Below, piece by piece: positions 59,227 to 64,000 of a stretch of DNA of 64,000 nucleotides; positions within the stretch are counted from its first letter, which is position 1, and every line of letters begins with the position of its first letter. Origin of the DNA: Acidobacteriota bacterium (GTDB taxonomy: Bacteria > Acidobacteriota > UBA6911). The notes below the pieces were generated by a model. That model saw only the letters and a program-made list of their open reading frames with translations, was not told where the DNA came from and made no database searches. The position numbers were made by a program, and so were the translations under genes. The DNA is taken from the NCBI GenBank assembly GCA_963664705.1, contig OY761556.1:1024001-1088000 (forward strand), written 5' to 3'.

Positions 59227-61437
59227 ATGGTTCATCGAGTATCTGCCGAAATCGGCGGGCTTGAGTTTTCCATAGAGATGGGAAGAATCGCGAAGCAGGC
59301 CGATGGGGCTGCTTTCGTTAGCTATGGAGATACAGTTGTTTTTGTGGCCGCCTGTGCCGCCAAAGTGGCAAAGGAAGGCCAAGATTTTTTCCCGCTGACA
59401 GTCGATTATAGGGAAAATACCTACGCAGCAGGGAAGATTCCCGGCGGCTTTTTCAAGCGAGAGGGACGTCCGACCGAAAAAGAAGTCCTGACGTCGCGCC
59501 TGATCGACCGCCCCATGCGCCCGTTGTTCGCGGAAGGCTTCAGCAACGAAACCCAGATCATCGCTATGGTATTGTCGGCGGATAAGGAAAACGACCCCGA
59601 CATCATGGGGATTACGGGAGCTTCCGCCGCAGCTTACTGCTCGCCTATCCCGTTTAACAATCCGATCGGTGCGGTTCGCGTGGGATACATGAACGATCAG
59701 TTCGTTGTAAATCCCCCGATCAGCAAGCTGAAAGACAGCAGCCTGAATCTTACGGTCGCCGGAACGGAAGACGCGCTCGTAATGGTGGAAGCGGGTGCAA
59801 ACGAGATTTCCGAAGACATGATGGTGGAGGCGCTTGATTTCGCCCACGGCATCATCCGTAAACTGATTGCGCTGCAGAAAGAGCTGTACGAGAAGGTCCA
59901 GCCTGTCAAACGACAGGTTACAAAGCCTGAACTGGATGCTGCGGAAGTGGCGCGGATCGAGAAAGACTTTTCCGCAAAAATTTCGGAAGCTATGCACGTC
60001 AAGGGCAAACTCGAGAGCTACGCACAACTCGATAAGGTCAAAGACGAGATTATCGCTTCCGTGCCTGAAGAGGAAACGGAAAAGCGGAAGCAGGCTGCCA
60101 AGATTTATCATCATGTGATGGAGAGGATTTTCCGCACCGAGATGCTGGAACAGCGGCGCAGACCGGACGGCCGCCAGTTCAATGAGATCCGGCCCATAAG
60201 CGGCGAGGTGTCTCTGCTGCCTCGGACTCACGGTTCAGCCCTGTTTACCCGTGGTGAGACGCAGGCGCTGGTGACCGCCACTCTGGGAACTGCGGATGAT
60301 GAACAACGCATGGATACTCTCGAAGGCGAATCCTTCAAGAGATTTATGCTGCACTATAATTTCCCTCCCTTCAGCGTGGGAGAGACCAAGCCTTTGCGCG
60401 GCCCCGGCCGGCGCGAAATAGGACACGGCGCTCTGGCGGAAAGAAGTATCGCCCCGATCATGCCGACGGAAGAGGCCTTCCCTTATACGGTGCGTGTTGT
60501 CTCCGACATCATGGAAAGCAACGGTTCCTCTTCGATGGCAACAGTTTGCGGTGGTGTCCTGGCCCTGATGGATGCTGGTGTTCCCATCAAGGCGCCCGTT
60601 GCCGGCGTGGCGATGGGGCTGGTGAAGGAAGGCGATAGCTACGCGATCCTGACCGATATTGCCGGAGCTGAAGATCATTACGGCGATATGGACTTCAAGG
60701 TGGCCGGAACCGAAAAGGGAATTACCGGTCTCCAGATGGACATCAAGATGTGCGGGATCGACAAGAAGATCATGGCGGAGGCACTGGCGCAGGCCAAGGA
60801 AGGACGACTCTTCATCCTTCGACGGATGACGGAGTGCCTGGAGAATGCGCGGCAGGAAATTTCTCCGTATGCGCCGCGGATTATCACGATTCAGATCCCG
60901 AAGGATAAGATCGGCGGAGTCATCGGCACCGGCGGAAAGGTCATCCGTGGCATCATTGAGCAGACCGGCGTCAAAATCGATATTGAAGATGACGGCAAGG
61001 TCAACATTGCTTCCACCGATACCGATTCAGCCCAGCGCGCCATCCGAATGATTGAAGATCTCGTGATGGAAGCGGAGGTAGGGAAGACTTATCTTGGAAC
61101 CGTAACGAGGCTTGTGGATTTCGGAGCCTTTGTGGAGATCTTCCCCGGAACCGAGGGATTGCTGCACATTTCGGAAGTTGCGGATTTCCGGGTCCAGGAT
61201 ATCAACTCGGAACTCAAAGTCGGCGATCAGATTCCGGTGAAGGTCATCAGCATCGAGCCGCCTAATAAGATTCGGTTGAGCAGAAAAGCGGTTCTGAGAG
61301 AGCAGGCAGGACTCCCACCGCTTGATCCTGCACCGCGTCCACCGCGACGCGATCATCCGGATCGCCGTCCAGGCGGACACAGAGATGATCGACGGCCTCG
61401 TGGCGGAGATCGCGGCGGTCATCGTCGGAATTACTGA
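59227..61437 (+). CDS. pnp: Polyribonucleotide nucleotidyltransferase
   Basis: FFPLTVDY, RREIGHG, GDMDFKVAG, and KH and S1 domains. Confidence 0.98.
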   Translation: MVHRVSAEIGGLEFSIEMGRIAKQADGAAFVSYGDTVVFVAACAAKVAKEGQDFFPLTVDYRENTYAAGKIPGGFFKREGRPTEKEVLTSRLIDRPMRPLFAEGFSNETQIIAMVLSADKENDPDIMGITGASAAAYCSPIPFNNPIGAVRVGYMNDQFVVNPPISKLKDSSLNLTVAGTEDALVMVEAGANEISEDMMVEALDFAHGIIRKLIALQKELYEKVQPVKRQVTKPELDAAEVARIEKDFSAKISEAMHVKGKLESYAQLDKVKDEIIASVPEEETEKRKQAAKIYHHVMERIFRTEMLEQRRRPDGRQFNEIRPISGEVSLLPRTHGSALFTRGETQALVTATLGTADDEQRMDTLEGESFKRFMLHYNFPPFSVGETKPLRGPGRREIGHGALAERSIAPIMPTEEAFPYTVRVVSDIMESNGSSSMATVCGGVLALMDAGVPIKAPVAGVAMGLVKEGDSYAILTDIAGAEDHYGDMDFKVAGTEKGITGLQMDIKMCGIDKKIMAEALAQAKEGRLFILRRMTECLENARQEISPYAPRIITIQIPKDKIGGVIGTGGKVIRGIIEQTGVKIDIEDDGKVNIASTDTDSAQRAIRMIEDLVMEAEVGKTYLGTVTRLVDFGAFVEIFPGTEGLLHISEVADFRVQDINSELKVGDQIPVKVISIEPPNKIRLSRKAVLREQAGLPPLDPAPRPPRRDHPDRRPGGHRDDRRPRGGDRGGHRRNY

Positions 61438-61580
61438 TTGTAGATTGCGGATTTCGGATTGCGGACTGTAAGGTGAAGTCCGGAATCCGAAATCCGCGGA
61501 ATGATTAACCGTAGGTGTTCTTCTGCGGATGCGAATGCGGAATTATCCAGATCCGCAATCTGCAGTCCGCAATCCGCAAT
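61436..61580. repeat. Heptamer (GATTGCG-like) repeats in inverted arrangement
   Basis: gattgta gattgcg gatttcg gattgcg gactgta, then reverse-complement runs at 61477-61497 and 61551-61580. Confidence 0.75.
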
Positions 61581-61583
61581 GCT

Positions 61584-62348
61584 ATGAATCCTAAACAGGT
61601 ACTGGACCTTCTGGAAAAGGTTCGAAGCGGGACCGTATCCCCCGAGCAGGGAGTGGAGCGATTAAAGCACCTGCCGTTTGAAGATCTGGGCTTTGCCCGC
61701 GTCGATCATCACCGCACCTTGCGCCAGGGATTTCCCGAGGTGATCTTCGGACCCGGCAAAAAGCCGGAGCAAGTTGTCGCCATCGTCAAAAGTCTCCTTA
61801 AACAGAAATCGAATATTCTCGTCACCCGATCTACCCAGGAAACCTACAAAAAGGTCCGCCGTGTTGTGGCGAAAGCGCAGTTCCATCCCAATGCCAAGGC
61901 GATTACGGTCGTCAACGACACGCAAGTCTATGGGGAAGGGAAGGTTTATGTGGTCTGCGCCGGTACCTCCGATATCCCGGTTGCGGAAGAGGCCGCGCTC
62001 ACCGCGCGACTCATGGGCAATGCGGTGGAAACAACCTATGATGTGGGCGTGGCCGGTATTCATCGCCTGTTGAATGTCCGCGAAGCTTTGATGCAGGCCA
62101 GTGTCGTTGTCGTTGTTGCCGGGATGGAAGGGGCGCTGGCAAGCGTTGTGGGCGGGTTGCTGAGCGTTCCTGTCATTGCGGTTCCCACCAGCATCGGCTA
62201 TGGCAGTTCGTTTGGCGGGCTTTCCTCCCTGCTGGCAATGCTGAACAGTTGCGCATCCAATGTTGTGTGCGTAAACATTGATAATGGTTTTGGGGCCGGT
62301 TACGTTGCCAGCCTTATCAATCGCAAGCGGAAGGCAGCCGCTGAATAG
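61584..62348 (+). CDS. larB: Nickel-pincer cofactor biosynthesis protein LarB (PurE-like)
   Basis: [43 protein letters not shown] and NIDNGFGA motifs. Confidence 0.92.
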   Translation: MNPKQVLDLLEKVRSGTVSPEQGVERLKHLPFEDLGFARVDHHRTLRQGFPEVIFGPGKKPEQVVAIVKSLLKQKSNILVTRSTQETYKKVRRVVAKAQFHPNAKAITVVNDTQVYGEGKVYVVCAGTSDIPVAEEAALTARLMGNAVETTYDVGVAGIHRLLNVREALMQASVVVVVAGMEGALASVVGGLLSVPVIAVPTSIGYGSSFGGLSSLLAMLNSCASNVVCVNIDNGFGAGYVASLINRKRKAAAE

Positions 62349-62451
62349 CGACTGCAGACCGGGAGCGACGGACCTTCCGGTCGATGAAACTTTTGTAATA
62401 ACCCGCCGGGTTTGATAGTCTTAACAATTCATATACCCAGCGGCTTTTTGT

Positions 62452-64000
62452 ATGCCCTTATATCCTGACAGCGTCCTGGATGACGTGCGAAGTGCGGTGA
62501 ATATTGTCACCCTCGTGTCGGAGTACGTCGCCCTCAAGAAGCGCGGCCGGAATCATGTCGCCCGCTGTCCCTTCCATAACGAAAAAACTCCCTCCTTCAA
62601 TGTCAGCGAAGAAAAACAGATTTTTATGTGTTTCGGCTGCGGGTTGGGGGGGGATGTGTTTCGTTTCATCATGCAGATCGAGCATCTTTCCTTCGTGGAA
62701 GCGGTTCAGCATCTTGCCGGACGCTATGGCGTTGCCCTGCCGGCTGCAGCCGCGACGATGCCCGGCCAGGCGGCCGTAACAACCTCCAGCACCGATTCCT
62801 TGCGCAAGGCCATGGCCGACGCGGTTGGCATGTATCACCGGTGGCTGCTCGAATCCCCTGAGGCGAAACCTGCCCTGAAATACCTGCACGAGCGTGGAGT
62901 GTCGGACGTGACCATCACGCGCTTTCACCTGGGCTATTCGCCTGCCGGTGGCGACGTGCTGATCCAGGCGCTAAAGAGCAAGGGCTACTCGCTCCAGGTT
63001 CTCGAGGATTGCGGCCTGGCCAGAAGATCGGAAGACGGGAACCGTCTGTATGACGGTTTTCGCGGCCGGATTATGTTTCCCATCACCGATCTTCAGGGAC
63101 GGCCGGTGGCTTTCGGGGCTCGAGCCATGGGGGACAAGCCTCCGAAATATTTGAACTCCCCCGAGACCAAGCTCTATAATAAGAGTCGTAATTTATATGG
63201 ACTAAGTTTCTCAAAGGAGGCGATCAAAGCTCGTGACCACGCCATCCTGGTAGAGGGGTACATGGATTTCATCATCCCCTTCCAGTACGGAGTGGAAAAT
63301 GTGGTCGCTTCACTCGGAACAAGTCTGACGCCGCAACAGGTGGAACTGCTGGGACGTTTCACTCACGAAGTTGTTGTCAGCTATGATCCGGATTCCGCTG
63401 GCATTGCCGCTGCCCAACGGTCCCTGGATCTTTTTCTGGAGGGGGATTTCCGAGTTAAGGTCCTGCGGCTTCCCGCAGGCCAGGACCCGGATGTATTTGT
63501 AAGGAGCGCAGGATCAGAAGAATATCAAAACCGGGCGCGAGCATCGGTTCCCTATCTGGACTTTGTGCTGGATGCAGCCATCCAAACTCAGGGCGCGCTG
63601 GATGACCCCAAGAAAAAGGTGCAGGCCATGAATGCTGTCCTGCCCTACCTGGCAAAGCTGCCCAGTGCCGTGGAACGCTCGGATTACGTATTCCAGTTTG
63701 CTCGCAAGCTTGGTATTGAAGATCAGCAGCTTCTGGCAGAAACCAGACGCGCGGCGCAGCAAAAGAAGACAAAATTATCGGACGAGTCCGTCACGTCCAT
63801 GGTGGCAATGAGATTTGCCGAAAAGAGGCTGCTGCAACTGCTGCTGAGCAACACTGACATGCAGCGGGAAATTTTACCCTTCTGTGTAAAACAGGATTTC
63901 GAGGGGTTGACGACAGAAAAGATTTTTTTGAAATTGCTGGACGGTTTTCAAACAAATCAGCTGGGCAGTTACGAAGGGTTTCATCGAGAGTTCGCGGGAG
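62452..64000 (+). CDS. dnaG: DNA primase, running off the window end
   Basis: Absent from the ORF track because it has no stop in the window. Reads MPLYPDSVLDDVR...CPFHNEKTPSF...CFGC, with KYLNSPET, VEGYMD, YDPD and DPD motifs. Confidence 0.96.
   Translation, partial: MPLYPDSVLDDVRSAVNIVTLVSEYVALKKRGRNHVARCPFHNEKTPSFNVSEEKQIFMCFGCGLGGDVFRFIMQIEHLSFVEAVQHLAGRYGVALPAAAATMPGQAAVTTSSTDSLRKAMADAVGMYHRWLLESPEAKPALKYLHERGVSDVTITRFHLGYSPAGGDVLIQALKSKGYSLQVLEDCGLARRSEDGNRLYDGFRGRIMFPITDLQGRPVAFGARAMGDKPPKYLNSPETKLYNKSRNLYGLSFSKEAIKARDHAILVEGYMDFIIPFQYGVENVVASLGTSLTPQQVELLGRFTHEVVVSYDPDSAGIAAAQRSLDLFLEGDFRVKVLRLPAGQDPDVFVRSAGSEEYQNRARASVPYLDFVLDAAIQTQGALDDPKKKVQAMNAVLPYLAKLPSAVERSDYVFQFARKLGIEDQQLLAETRRAAQQKKTKLSDESVTSMVAMRFAEKRLLQLLLSNTDMQREILPFCVKQDFEGLTTEKIFLKLLDGFQTNQLGSYEGFHREFAG

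Noticed and set aside
61584-62348. larB as evidence of a novel nickel-pincer system
   Set aside because: No larA/C/E genes are in the window, and dispersed larB genes are common.

Overview
About 64 kb of bacterial chromosome. The Oar-like TonB-dependent receptor and the housekeeping gene set suggest Acidobacteriota, which is an inference. The main accessory feature is a ~10.3 kb element integrated in tRNA-Val(TAC), from 10948 to 21249. It encodes a tyrosine integrase, a Zn-finger protein, an excisionase-like protein, a stand-alone CHC2 primase Zn-finger, a DnaB-like helicase followed by an iteron origin, an HNH nuclease, a large terminase, an HK97 capsid, a prohead protease and a portal. I recognise no tail, lysis, head-tail adaptor or separate small terminase genes, so it looks like a minimal capsid-forming phage satellite. 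A GC-rich, multi-hairpin non-coding segment follows the portal gene directly, and integration appears to have swapped in a compensatorily mutated tRNA 3' half. The left side holds a sigma54-driven REC/Lrp-domain + nuoEF/hydCB-like operon and an MFS-FAD oxidoreductase-aconitase X cluster. The right side is mostly core genes: GH106, folC, acyl-CoA carboxylase, tal, hslUV, AlaX, dacB, GT2, rfbC, a TIR-like gene, xseAB-ispA-tlyA-nadK, maf, a TonB-dependent receptor, a giant Kelch protein, dciA, rpsO, pnp, larB and partial dnaG. All product calls come from motif recognition by eye, with no database searches.
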